In this document: positions 33,535-42,514 of the stretch, one piece after another | How positions within the stretch are numbered: the stretch's first letter is position 1 | Layout: every line of letters begins with the position of its first letter | Virus record (IMG/VR): IMGVR_UViG_3300042860_002775 | Direction: 5' to 3' (one strand) | Source: an uncultured virus (IMG/VR IMGVR_UViG_3300042860_002775) | Lineage: Duplodnaviria > Heunggongvirae > Uroviricota > Caudoviricetes | DNA: 64,000 nt | The notes under the pieces: model-generated | What the model saw: only the letters and a program-made list of their open reading frames with translations | The model's database searches: none | Told to the model about the DNA's origin: nothing | Position numbers and translations under genes: made by a program

Positions 33535-33941
33535 ATGTTGCTGGTGTTCATTGAAACTTCCAAGGTTTGTTGCTGTGTTACTCCAATACTAGGAACAGTG
33601 AATAACACTTTGACGCCAATAGTGTATTTATCTTTAAATTCAGAATCGTTAGTGCTTACTTGAACATCACTTACATTGACATAAGACATCCATCTCGTGA
33701 TATCTTTTCTAATCGTATTTTCTATTAACGCGGAAATATCGTCGGTATAATTTTCAAACAATACATTCCACAATCCAGAGCCAAAATCTGGATTCATTCT
33801 TCGCTCTCCTTTTTTTGTGCGCAATAACAAGTTTAAATTTGATTTTACCTGGTCTATTATGGTGTAACTTTGGTTAAAATAACCTTGTGGCCCATGTGTT
33901 ATGGGTAAAGTTATGCCATAAGGTTGTATTGCTGTTGCCAT
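33531..33941 (-). CDS. Baseplate gp25/GPW-like protein (sheath initiator)
   Basis: NLLLRTKKGERRMNPDFGS.L..LFE signature. Confidence 0.9.
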   Translation of the reverse strand: MATAIQPYGITLPITHGPQGYFNQSYTIIDQVKSNLNLLLRTKKGERRMNPDFGSGLWNVLFENYTDDISALIENTIRKDITRWMSYVNVSDVQVSTNDSEFKDKYTIGVKVLFTVPSIGVTQQQTLEVSMNTSNI

Positions 33942-33947
33942 TTATTT

Positions 33948-34403
33948 TTACATTGGACGCTTGGCCTTCGCCTTAGCATCAACTGCTTTTAGAAGTTTCG
34001 AATAATCTCTGGTCAACGCATTTGCTACCGCAGCGACTTCTTTGTTTTCGTTCAACGCTTCTTTTGGTAAAGTTTTTATTACATCAATTGCAGAAGGTGT
34101 GGAAGTTTGTTCTTCTATAGGAACACCTCCAACAGTTTCATTTAATACCTGGTTCAATAATGGATTTTTTGTAAAAATTTTAGGCGCTTGAACGGCCTGT
34201 TTTTTTACAGGTTCTTCTAATCCAACGTTGAAATTTGGTTTTCTGGTTGGAATTTGATCGGCCTGCTTTCTTGTTTCAAGTATTGCCGCCGAGTTCTCTG
34301 TCATTTTTTCTGCAAGCACTTCCATCAATAGTTGTGGAAGGGCGTTATGCACTTCTTCTTTTACGATAGTTCTTATAATATCTACTAGTTCGTTCTTTTT
34401 CAT
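33948..34403 (-). CDS. Hypothetical protein with an MKKNEL..II..IVKEEV N-terminal motif
   Basis: Shared N-terminal motif. TATTTATA at 34419-34426. Confidence 0.7.
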   Translation of the reverse strand: MKKNELVDIIRTIVKEEVHNALPQLLMEVLAEKMTENSAAILETRKQADQIPTRKPNFNVGLEEPVKKQAVQAPKIFTKNPLLNQVLNETVGGVPIEEQTSTPSAIDVIKTLPKEALNENKEVAAVANALTRDYSKLLKAVDAKAKAKRPM

Positions 34404-34443
34404 ATATATGATGCTTTATATAAATATATAGTATTTTTAATAA

Positions 34444-35427
34444 TCAGCCAGTTGGCGGAAAGGTAAATGATTTAAGTGTAGATCCCGCCGTAGATGTAAA
34501 TTGACTTGTTTTTATATTTGAAGTCGCCAATATACCTTCTCCGACTTTTGGTGCAATATTGCTAACATCCGGGAATCCAGATAAATCTGGTTTTGGTGCC
34601 GGTATTTCTATTGTTTCACCGTCTTCATTTGTTGTAGTTTGGGGCGGATTTAAAGTATTAAAGTTGCTTAAAAATGAATCTTTTGCTCCGCCTACCACGC
34701 TATTAAGTTGGCCTTGTATGTTGTTTACTCCAGTAGAATCAATCGCCGTTTGCAACTGACCTAATGCTTGACCTTTAATGTCGTCTAAAACGCTACTTAA
34801 CAAATGTTTCAATAATTCGGAAGGATTTGCAGACATTGCTGCTTTTATTACGGACACTGCTGCCAGCGCCATTCCCATGTTTATTTTTAATCCAGGCACA
34901 AACGGAGGAACTATACTTTTATATTTTGCTATCTGCTCGGCTATAAACTTAGGACCAGCACCAAGATTTATACCGGCTAAATCTATGCCTGGAAATTCTG
35001 GCAGTTTGGGAAAATTTAGACCAGTCAAACTTAAATCTAATTTTGGCATACTGGCATTAAATCCAAGTGTTTTAAGTGCGTCTCCGACGGGAGGTAAAGA
35101 TGTTGGAATTCCCAGTGAAGATGCCGCGCCTCCTATGCTCGTGGGTACTCCCAAACCGGACGCTGCACCTCCTATACTTGTTGGTACTCCCATAGTTTGT
35201 CCAATTCCACTCAAATTCAAGCTTGCTGGACTAGATATTGGATTTGTTATACTTAAACTCGGAGCACTAATGGATCTTAAAGATAAATCGGGTGCTGTTC
35301 CTGTTAAAAATTTAGGGGCACTTGTTCCCACACTTACCGACGGGGTACTTACACTTATTGAAGGCGAAGAAAAAGTGGTAGATGATAAAGACACTGACGG
35401 AGCCCTGACTACAGATAGTGCATTCAT
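34444..35427 (-). CDS. Ser/Pro/Gly-rich hypothetical protein next to the baseplate spike gene
   Basis: 13-aa repeats GVPTSIGGAASxL. Abuts 35429..36856. Confidence 0.65.
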   Translation of the reverse strand: MNALSVVRAPSVSLSSTTFSSPSISVSTPSVSVGTSAPKFLTGTAPDLSLRSISAPSLSITNPISSPASLNLSGIGQTMGVPTSIGGAASGLGVPTSIGGAASSLGIPTSLPPVGDALKTLGFNASMPKLDLSLTGLNFPKLPEFPGIDLAGINLGAGPKFIAEQIAKYKSIVPPFVPGLKINMGMALAAVSVIKAAMSANPSELLKHLLSSVLDDIKGQALGQLQTAIDSTGVNNIQGQLNSVVGGAKDSFLSNFNTLNPPQTTTNEDGETIEIPAPKPDLSGFPDVSNIAPKVGEGILATSNIKTSQFTSTAGSTLKSFTFPPTG

Positions 35428-35428
35428 A

Positions 35429-36856
35429 TTATCCTCCCAAGAATACTCTACTACTTAACAGTGAACTTAACTGCGATCTTAGTGCAGTTAAGCTTATTTG
35501 AGATGCATACAGCGATTGCATTTGTTCCGCCCACATTGCCATAGCTGGTGGAAGAGATGGGGTCGTTGGTCCAACTTTGGTCATATGAAAATGCGATATT
35601 AACGCAGTCAACATCTGTATTTGAGTATTAACGTTCAATAACATCCAGTCGCACAACGAATACATCCATAACACGGTAGTTCTTCCCAATAATGCCGGTT
35701 GATCATTTGGTCCTTCGGTATTAAAATTTAAATATATCTTCGGTGCATTTAGTGTCATTATTCCCTTGTTAGACGTTATTGTCGTATTTCCATAAGAATT
35801 TAAAGAAAGTACTTGATCTGTAGAGATTCCTATCATTTTCTTGGAAAAGAATAGCATTTCGTTTGCCTTGGAAGAAAATACTAATCTGTCACTGTTTATC
35901 ACTATTTGATCTCCATCTAATTTTGGAAAAGGAATGCCCTTTGTGACATTTATCATGCCGGTCGTTGTTACCGGAGAAAATCTGGATATAGTTTTTCCCG
36001 AAGTAAGATGTATGGAAGAACCATCTTTATTTATATCTTCCACCGTATACCCTTTTCCTGTATATCCTTGTGGAAGTTTTATCGGCGCTTGTCTATTTCG
36101 TATAAGTATCATCGGATTGCCACCATTATCCGAATATTCTCCAAGTCCATTATCATTTCCACGATTGTTGTCGTATGCTCCAAATCTTATAGACGATCCA
36201 AATCTTGATTGTAATATGGTATCTCCCTCATACAATTTCAATCCACGTATTTTTGGGTTAAACTTAAAGTAGTTCCCCAATATTCCCGTATAATCGTCAC
36301 CTCCAGAAAAATTAATTTTTGATTGCGGGCCTGTATATGCACCATCTTCGGAATATTCGTTTATATTTTTATCAACTTGCCCTGACGTTCTTTCCGCAGA
36401 AAAATCTGCATTTGAATTTATCGTGGAATTTACATTAAGTTTCCTGGTATAAAAATACTGATCTCTGTATTTTCCAACGATTACTATTTCGTTCATTAGG
36501 GGATATTCTACAATACCCGTATTTTCCACTGGAAATGCCCAGTTAAGCGTTTCTTTTTCTTCATTAACTTGGCTGTTTAAAAATCTAAATCTTACTCTTC
36601 CTATCCAAGAATAGTCGTTGTCGGATGGATTTGGCTCACTTCCGTCTATATTCGGAGGCCAAGTATCGACCGATAATATGGCTGATGAAAATATTGGATG
36701 GGTTTCATCCAACACAACGTCCAGAACCACGGCTTCTTCCAACTCATAAAATAAATTTGTATCTGGTTTTCTTTCTATAACAAAACGTTTTGACGCAAGC
36801 ATATCATCTTGTTTGGTATTTTGTTCTGCACGTCTGTCAACGGTGTTATAGGCCAT
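35429..36856 (-). CDS. Baseplate hub/spike (gp5/gpV-like)
   Basis: N-terminal OB-like GRVRFR..WAFP..YPL.NE.V, EGD.ILQSRFGSSIRF, beta-helix-like QIVINSDRLVF, and a C-terminal HxH (HFH). Confidence 0.7.
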   Translation of the reverse strand: MAYNTVDRRAEQNTKQDDMLASKRFVIERKPDTNLFYELEEAVVLDVVLDETHPIFSSAILSVDTWPPNIDGSEPNPSDNDYSWIGRVRFRFLNSQVNEEKETLNWAFPVENTGIVEYPLMNEIVIVGKYRDQYFYTRKLNVNSTINSNADFSAERTSGQVDKNINEYSEDGAYTGPQSKINFSGGDDYTGILGNYFKFNPKIRGLKLYEGDTILQSRFGSSIRFGAYDNNRGNDNGLGEYSDNGGNPMILIRNRQAPIKLPQGYTGKGYTVEDINKDGSSIHLTSGKTISRFSPVTTTGMINVTKGIPFPKLDGDQIVINSDRLVFSSKANEMLFFSKKMIGISTDQVLSLNSYGNTTITSNKGIMTLNAPKIYLNFNTEGPNDQPALLGRTTVLWMYSLCDWMLLNVNTQIQMLTALISHFHMTKVGPTTPSLPPAMAMWAEQMQSLYASQISLTALRSQLSSLLSSRVFLGG

Positions 36857-36861
36857 AAATT

Positions 36862-37239
36862 TTATTTAACCTTTTTTTCGGTTGCTTCCGGTTTTTGTAA
36901 CTGTTTGGCGGTTTCTTCTACGGTAGCCATCAACTGTTTGCGTTCTTCTTCAGTCAACAACATAGCACCACCTTCACCTTCTGCTCCACCCTTGCCACTC
37001 ATTAGTCTTTGTATAATAGCAGCAAGTTTGATAAGTTGTTCATCGTTTCTTACACCAACATCAAAATATTCTTTCAATAATGGCACAATCATGGTGGCAT
37101 CGTTGATGGTTTTGATCATTTCACGCAAATCAGTAATCAGAATATCTATCTGATTCTTCTTTTCTTCGCTGTTTTTGACAATGTCTTTACACAGGTCGGA
37201 GAAGTTTTTGCCCTTAAAAATCTCTATGTCATTATCCAT
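36862..37239 (-). CDS. Small helical hypothetical protein
   Basis: Clean ORF preceded by TATTTATA 3 nt upstream. Confidence 0.7.
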   Translation of the reverse strand: MDNDIEIFKGKNFSDLCKDIVKNSEEKKNQIDILITDLREMIKTINDATMIVPLLKEYFDVGVRNDEQLIKLAAIIQRLMSGKGGAEGEGGAMLLTEEERKQLMATVEETAKQLQKPEATEKKVK

Positions 37240-37242
37240 GAC

Positions 37243-37259
37243 TATAAATAGTATTTATA
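37243..37259. promoter_or_regulatory. Inverted pair of the late-type motif (TATAAATA-G-TATTTATA)
   Basis: Perfect 8-bp inverted repeat in the 28-bp gap after the sigma-factor gene. Confidence 0.55.
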
Positions 37260-37267
37260 ATATATAT

Positions 37268-38176
37268 TTAGATTTTTGCCCCGCTGATTGTGCCACGATT
37301 TAGATATTCTTCAGCGATGTTTTGCTGGGTAGCCTTCATTTTATTGATGACTTTGGTAATCTTTTGAGTTTGGCAGTCGGCGATTTCTCGTATATATAAA
37401 TAAAGTGCCTTTTTATTGAATACATCAATGCGGTCAGCGTTTCTGAATATTTCTATAACAGCGTGAGCAATCTTTAGGTCTTTTTCCTTGTTGAACATCT
37501 TATGAACGTTCTTATCCCAGTAATCTACCATTAGTGCTATAAACTCGCGTGTTTCGCTTTCTTGCTTTTCGTGTTCTGGTTCTACTACAAATTCACCGGC
37601 ATCGCCTGCTTGCTCACATATTTCAACGTGCTTCTTGAACCGCTTATATGTTGTATTATTATCTAAAATAAACCAGTTCTTGGCAACAATGCTGAAGTAA
37701 CTAAATGCCTTACCCTTGCCTGGCTCATATTTGTCTATATTAGCCACCATATGCGATATAGCCTGCTTTTGTATTTCAAGAGGGCTGACATCCGCATAAC
37801 TAAACTTGAATGTGTTATAAACGTTTTCTGCTATCTTAAAGAACGCTTGTTGAATATGGTCGTTGTATATTCTATCTTTTTCTCTGGAATCTGTTGTTTG
37901 GTTGTATGCTATAATGGCTGCTTCTGTTTCTGGGGTAAAATATACATTTGATACTTTTGGCGTGCCGTCTTTTTGCTTATTCTTGGCACCTTTTGGTCTG
38001 CCTCTTGGTCGCTTCTTTGGTTCAATCGGCGTATCATTTATTACAACCGGAACAATAATCTGCTTTTTTATCTTTGGTTGCTTCTTGACCTTTTTTATAT
38101 TTTTGGACGCTACTCGTTTTACCTTTTTGACGAGTTTTGTTTTTTTAGCATTCTTCTTCAGTTTCTTTTTTTTCAT
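37268..38176 (-). CDS. Phage late sigma factor (gp55-like) with a Lys-rich N-terminus and an AT-hook
   Basis: Region-2-like KIAEN..F.Y...KYEPGKGKAFSYFSIVAKN. The N-terminal ~75 aa is K-rich and contains KKRPRGRPKG. Confidence 0.72.
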   Translation of the reverse strand: MKKKKLKKNAKKTKLVKKVKRVASKNIKKVKKQPKIKKQIIVPVVINDTPIEPKKRPRGRPKGAKNKQKDGTPKVSNVYFTPETEAAIIAYNQTTDSREKDRIYNDHIQQAFFKIAENVYNTFKFSYADVSPLEIQKQAISHMVANIDKYEPGKGKAFSYFSIVAKNWFILDNNTTYKRFKKHVEICEQAGDAGEFVVEPEHEKQESETREFIALMVDYWDKNVHKMFNKEKDLKIAHAVIEIFRNADRIDVFNKKALYLYIREIADCQTQKITKVINKMKATQQNIAEEYLNRGTISGAKI

Positions 38177-38179
38177 ATA

Positions 38180-38434
38180 TTATTTTATCTTCTCGTCAAA
38201 CTCTTTGATTATCTTTACGATTTCAGAAAACACAAATCCTACATCATCGTCCTTCTCAAACAAATTTTTGTCATCTACTGCTTTTATTCTATTGTATACA
38301 TCAGACACTTCACCTCTAAACATATCAAGCCAATCTTCATATACTTCCATCTTTTTGAGTAGATTATAGCACGCATATCCCAACGCACACGTCGTTAGGA
38401 AAAATATAACCAGCAGAGTTATTAGTAACCACAT
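38180..38434 (-). CDS. Small membrane-anchored protein
   Basis: N-terminal hydrophobic helix and a FEKDDDVGFVF motif. Confidence 0.7.
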   Translation of the reverse strand: MWLLITLLVIFFLTTCALGYACYNLLKKMEVYEDWLDMFRGEVSDVYNRIKAVDDKNLFEKDDDVGFVFSEIVKIIKEFDEKIK

Positions 38435-38442
38435 AAAGAGTA

Positions 38443-38601
38443 TTATTCTTCGTCTTCCTCTTCTTCATCTTCGTCGGGATCATATCCAAGTTCTTCTTTG
38501 ATGATTCCCAACGCTTCTTCGACCGAAGGCCAACTACGGCTTTCTAGTGCGTATTCTAATAGTTCTTTTACTTCTTCTATGTTGTCTGGGTCAATGTTCA
38601 T
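38443..38601 (-). CDS. Small acidic protein (52 aa), not in the ORF track
   Basis: Manual translation MNIDPDNIEEVKELLEYALESRSWPSVEEALGIIKEELGYDPDEDEEEEDEE. Its ATG overlaps the def stop codon (ATGA) and it fills the gap exactly. Confidence 0.75.
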   Translation of the reverse strand: MNIDPDNIEEVKELLEYALESRSWPSVEEALGIIKEELGYDPDEDEEEEDEE

Positions 38602-39215
38602 AGTATCTTCCATCCTTGTTCAACGAGTTCTAATGCCTTCTTGTATTTTATATATTGTGTTTCACCATTTTTTTCCACAACAACCTTATCATTTCTGCCG
38701 TGTTTTACCTTTTTTTCTACCGGCTTGATGAACTTGACGCCAGGATCAATCATTAGTCTGCCATTTAGATGGTCGATTTCGTGTTGAACGCAGATTGTTT
38801 CTAATATACCAACATCATCATATACGCTCTTTTCTGTTGGCGGATTTGTATCTGGACCAAATGGGATAGGGTTGGCGTGGTTAAGAGTATTGACGGTTAC
38901 TTTCAACTTACGCATCGTATTACAACTCTTGCCCGGCAAACTTAGGCAACCTTCAAGATAAATGATATTTTCATTACTAACTTCTGTTATAACAGGATTC
39001 ATCAACACAACTGGCGGCTGATCTTTTCTGGCTCTAATAACAGAAACACTTTTTGATATTCCTATTTGATTAGCAGATAGTCCAACTCCACCGTGAGGCA
39101 AACTATCTAAAGTTTCTATAAGCTTGTTTGCTATTTCTTGACCCTCTTCAATAGAAGATACAGGTGTTGTTGGCTTATGTAGAAAATCTTTATCCTTGAC
39201 TATTTTATAACTCAT
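38598..39215 (-). CDS. def: Peptide deformylase
   Basis: All three motifs present: GVGLSANQIG, EGCLS, QHEIDHLNG. Confidence 0.95.
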   Translation of the reverse strand: MSYKIVKDKDFLHKPTTPVSSIEEGQEIANKLIETLDSLPHGGVGLSANQIGISKSVSVIRARKDQPPVVLMNPVITEVSNENIIYLEGCLSLPGKSCNTMRKLKVTVNTLNHANPIPFGPDTNPPTEKSVYDDVGILETICVQHEIDHLNGRLMIDPGVKFIKPVEKKVKHGRNDKVVVEKNGETQYIKYKKALELVEQGWKIL

Positions 39216-39291
39216 ACTATGTGAATTTTTTTGTTTTACAATTCACATATATATTGAATAGTTTTATTTTGTCAAATTATAATAAAACAAA

Positions 39292-40812
39292 TTATGGATT
39301 AGGACGACTAAAATGTTCATAGTCCCTAATAAATGCTTCTGGAGGAGCTTCTGTGCTATTTGCTTTAGCAGGCTCTATTCTGTTTTGTAGTTGTTCGTTA
39401 TATGGGTCTTTTTGTTCTATTTGCTGAGAAGGTTCTGGTGTAGGCTCTGGAGTCGGACTTGGTGTTGGCTCTGGAGTAGCAGAAGGAGTGGGAGATGGTG
39501 TTATTGTTGGTTCTGGTATAGCCGTTGGAGTTGGCGTTATAACTGGCGTAGCAACTGGCAAAATCTGTTCTTTCTTTTTTCCTACTAATGTATTATACGC
39601 TAGAATCAAACACACCGCCAGCGGGTCAAACACAAGCATGATAGACCATATGAAATAGTTTACTGCTGTATCTAATGGTACGCCAAGGCTCTTGGCAATA
39701 AACTTGAATGTGCCTACATCTGTTTTTACTATCTTGTCTTTATAATCTGTGTTTTGATTACGTAATGCTTGTATTTCGTTTTGATATTCTATTACCTTTT
39801 TCTTTCCAGCCTCTGCGAGTTCATCTTTTTTGCTGTTTAGCGATGATACTTTATTGTCAGACTCTTTGTTGTATGCGTCTATAGACGCCATTATTTCTTC
39901 AATATCCTTTTCAAGTTTCTTGATGTTTGCTTCTATATCTCCACGCTGACCTTTGCTTCTAGTTTCTATTACTGCTACACGGTCATTATACTCTTTCATC
40001 TGCGACGCATATTGCTCACGCAGTTTGGTTATTCTGTCTTGAGATGATTTTATCTTTTCATCTATTTCAGCACGTTCTTTTGCTTGACCTTCTTTTACAA
40101 CTCTGGCTTGGTTTAGTCCATTTTTACCAAACAAACCACCTGTGCCTTGGTCCATCCATTTCTGAACTTCTTTATCCAATATTTCCAATCTGGCATTGAA
40201 TAGTTTTATCTGCTCAAGCTCTCTGGCTATATCAGTATCAGTTGAAGATTTTGATATTTCAAGAGCTTGTTTTGCCGCTGCTATATCTGCTGAAGCATCC
40301 TGTGTTGTATTTGCTGATTTACGAATGCTTTCTATCTGCTGATTTTTTTGTGCTACAACTTGAAGTTTTTGTTCTATGAACTTTTTTCTGTTAGCATCAA
40401 TGCCCGCTATTTCTTCTGAGTTATAATCAGACTTCTTGATAGTTTCTATTTCTTTCTCAAACTCTGCTATCTTGGTATTATTAGATTCTATGTTTTGTTC
40501 GTATCCTTGAACGGCAATAGATGTTGCCGTGTATCCAGCACTCAAATATCCATATATACCAATGGAAGTTATGCCCATCAGAAACAATGTGGCAAGCAAC
40601 ATATATGATTTCATCCACCATCCTATTTCTTTCCACTTTTGTTTTAGAAACGTGGCAGTAATAATTTTACCAACTTCAAGGGCAGTTCCCATTATAATAA
40701 TAGACAACCCGCCGCCAACAAAAAGCAGCTTCAATCCTATGATGCTAAAATAAGCACCACAGATTGATATGGCAATACCGCTTAATAATACTAAAAATGC
40801 TAAGATATTCAT
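39292..40812 (-). CDS. Membrane protein with a long coiled coil and a Pro/Thr-rich tail
   Basis: N-terminal TM helices (GAYFSIIGL, MGTALEVGK), ~270-aa coiled coil, TM segment LVFDPLAV, TPTPEP tail. Confidence 0.75.
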   Translation of the reverse strand: MNILAFLVLLSGIAISICGAYFSIIGLKLLFVGGGLSIIIMGTALEVGKIITATFLKQKWKEIGWWMKSYMLLATLFLMGITSIGIYGYLSAGYTATSIAVQGYEQNIESNNTKIAEFEKEIETIKKSDYNSEEIAGIDANRKKFIEQKLQVVAQKNQQIESIRKSANTTQDASADIAAAKQALEISKSSTDTDIARELEQIKLFNARLEILDKEVQKWMDQGTGGLFGKNGLNQARVVKEGQAKERAEIDEKIKSSQDRITKLREQYASQMKEYNDRVAVIETRSKGQRGDIEANIKKLEKDIEEIMASIDAYNKESDNKVSSLNSKKDELAEAGKKKVIEYQNEIQALRNQNTDYKDKIVKTDVGTFKFIAKSLGVPLDTAVNYFIWSIMLVFDPLAVCLILAYNTLVGKKKEQILPVATPVITPTPTAIPEPTITPSPTPSATPEPTPSPTPEPTPEPSQQIEQKDPYNEQLQNRIEPAKANSTEAPPEAFIRDYEHFSRPNP

Positions 40813-40840
40813 GTTATAATAAATATCATATATATTAAAA

Positions 40841-40872
40841 AGAAAACCCCGAACTTTTTATAGTTCGGGGTT
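40841..40872 (-). terminator. Intrinsic terminator
   Basis: aaccccgaact-ttttat-agttcggggtt, preceded by an A-run (a U-tract on the minus strand). Confidence 0.75.
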
Positions 40873-40894
40873 ATTTACCATTTTGGTTTTATTA

Positions 40895-41596
40895 TTACGT
40901 TATATAGTTTTCCAACTCATGATATGCCTTGTATCCTTCCTCGGCCTTTTTTTTCGTGTCTTCATAAAACATATCTTTATGGCGGTTTGCGAGATATATA
41001 GTTGTTTGAATTTTTTCAGATCTTTGCAGGAATTTAATGTCTTCGTCTAATTCTTTTGCACTGCGTTTCCCAGATATATAGTAGCCAGTTCGATTGCTAA
41101 TTTGACGGACTCTGTCCGTTAACTCTTGACATTCTTTATACTTTTCTTGCCATTCTTTTTTCTGGGCTCTTAGGGAACTTACATCATCGTCATAAGCCGA
41201 TACGGCATCGTCACCACGTCGATCTCCGTATTGCGACCTCTTGTTGGGCTCCCATATTCCATGCTCCTCGTATCCCCCCGCCTGACGCAGATCGTCCTGT
41301 GCCCTTCGAATACGAGTGTCAACATTATCCTCCTCTCTTGAATAATAAGCACATCCTGCTCTCATACCTTCTATAATTGCATCCAATCGCTTTTCATTTC
41401 TTGCGAATATTTTATTGTTTTCCTCTCTTCTCCTATTGTCTCTGGTTTCTTTTTCTCCTCTTTCTTTTTCCGCCTTTGCACGGGCTCTTTTTTTTCCGGT
41501 AGGATCTTTGAGAAAATCCATGATACCTTCATCTTGTTGAGAATATACTTCTTCGACGACTTCTTTAATCAACCGTTTTAGTTCGCTTTTTTTCAT
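40895..41596 (-). CDS. Hypothetical charged protein with an MKKSELKRLIKEVVEEV N-terminus
   Basis: Shared N-terminal motif. TATTTATT upstream. Confidence 0.7.
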   Translation of the reverse strand: MKKSELKRLIKEVVEEVYSQQDEGIMDFLKDPTGKKRARAKAEKERGEKETRDNRRREENNKIFARNEKRLDAIIEGMRAGCAYYSREEDNVDTRIRRAQDDLRQAGGYEEHGIWEPNKRSQYGDRRGDDAVSAYDDDVSSLRAQKKEWQEKYKECQELTDRVRQISNRTGYYISGKRSAKELDEDIKFLQRSEKIQTTIYLANRHKDMFYEDTKKKAEEGYKAYHELENYIT

Positions 41597-41667
41597 ATTA
41601 TAATAGGTTATAATAATAAATATATATCAAAAACAAAAAAAACCCAGATTTTATCTGAGTTTATATA

Positions 41668-42450
41668 TCAACTGACCGAATCAAAAAACTCTGCCGTTTT
41701 TGCAGTTTTATTATCTTCGTGCCATTTTATTCGTGTCTGGCACTTTGCGTAATAATCATTACTAATTTCAGAACTATAACACTTTCTGTTTAGATGCTGG
41801 CAAGCAATATATGTTGTCGCAGAGCCGCCAAATGGATCAACTACAACGCCGCCTTCATTAGTATGCTTCTTAATAAGATCCTCAAACAGTTCAAGCGACT
41901 TTTGAGTAGGATGAATACGATCAATCTCACGCTTGCCCTGATAAATAGGATACTTATAAATACCATTATCGTACTCGGAGTTGAATGTAGCCTTGCCTCC
42001 CTTTACACAAGAAATGGCGATTTCACGGGCATTACTAAGATATGTTGCCTTGGAATTGATAGGAACAGGATTGGTTTTTACCCATTCAATAAAACGCAGC
42101 TTACCAAACTTGTGCTTTTCAAGCAGCTTGCTTAATGTCTCAATCTTCCAAAGATCAAAGAAGATGATACACGAACCACCATTCTTCAATACACGGCTAA
42201 ACTCCTTGATAAACTCTTCGAGATTTTCCAAAGTAAAGTTGCTATCCCATTCACCATAGTCTGTTTGTATAGCATACTTGCTGCCATACTTCGCCTTGTC
42301 TTTAGTGGCATCATCGGCATTGAACAAAGCATCCATGCCAGTTTTCTTGGAGATAATATAAGGCGGGTCGGTCAATACAAGATCAACAGACTTGCTGTCA
42401 ATCTGTTTGAGCATTTCTAACCCGTTTATGTTATGAAAACCAAGATCCAT
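41668..42450 (-). CDS. Orphan N6-adenine/N4-cytosine DNA methyltransferase (beta class)
   Basis: DLVLTDPPY, HPTQK and VVDPFGGS, with the catalytic motif before the SAM-binding motif. Confidence 0.92.
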   Translation of the reverse strand: MDLGFHNINGLEMLKQIDSKSVDLVLTDPPYIISKKTGMDALFNADDATKDKAKYGSKYAIQTDYGEWDSNFTLENLEEFIKEFSRVLKNGGSCIIFFDLWKIETLSKLLEKHKFGKLRFIEWVKTNPVPINSKATYLSNAREIAISCVKGGKATFNSEYDNGIYKYPIYQGKREIDRIHPTQKSLELFEDLIKKHTNEGGVVVDPFGGSATTYIACQHLNRKCYSSEISNDYYAKCQTRIKWHEDNKTAKTAEFFDSVS

Positions 42451-42456
42451 GAAAAC

Positions 42457-42484
42457 ACTATACCATAAAAACTAAGGTTGTCAA
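42457..42484 (-). promoter_or_regulatory. sigma70-like promoter TTGACA-N16-TATAGT with extended -10 (TGG)
   Basis: The -10 ends 6 nt before the methyltransferase ATG, suggesting a leaderless transcript. Confidence 0.7.
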
Positions 42485-42514
42485 TCGTATAAAAAAACAA
42501 CCCCCGAAGTTGTA

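Noticed and set aside
34559..35458. Plus-strand ORFs of 66 and 226 aa
   Set aside because: Antisense to 34444..35427, which fits the minus-strand operon with a 1-bp gap.
41668..42450. Restriction-modification system
   Set aside because: No adjacent endonuclease-like gene. Orphan methyltransferases are ordinary in large phages.
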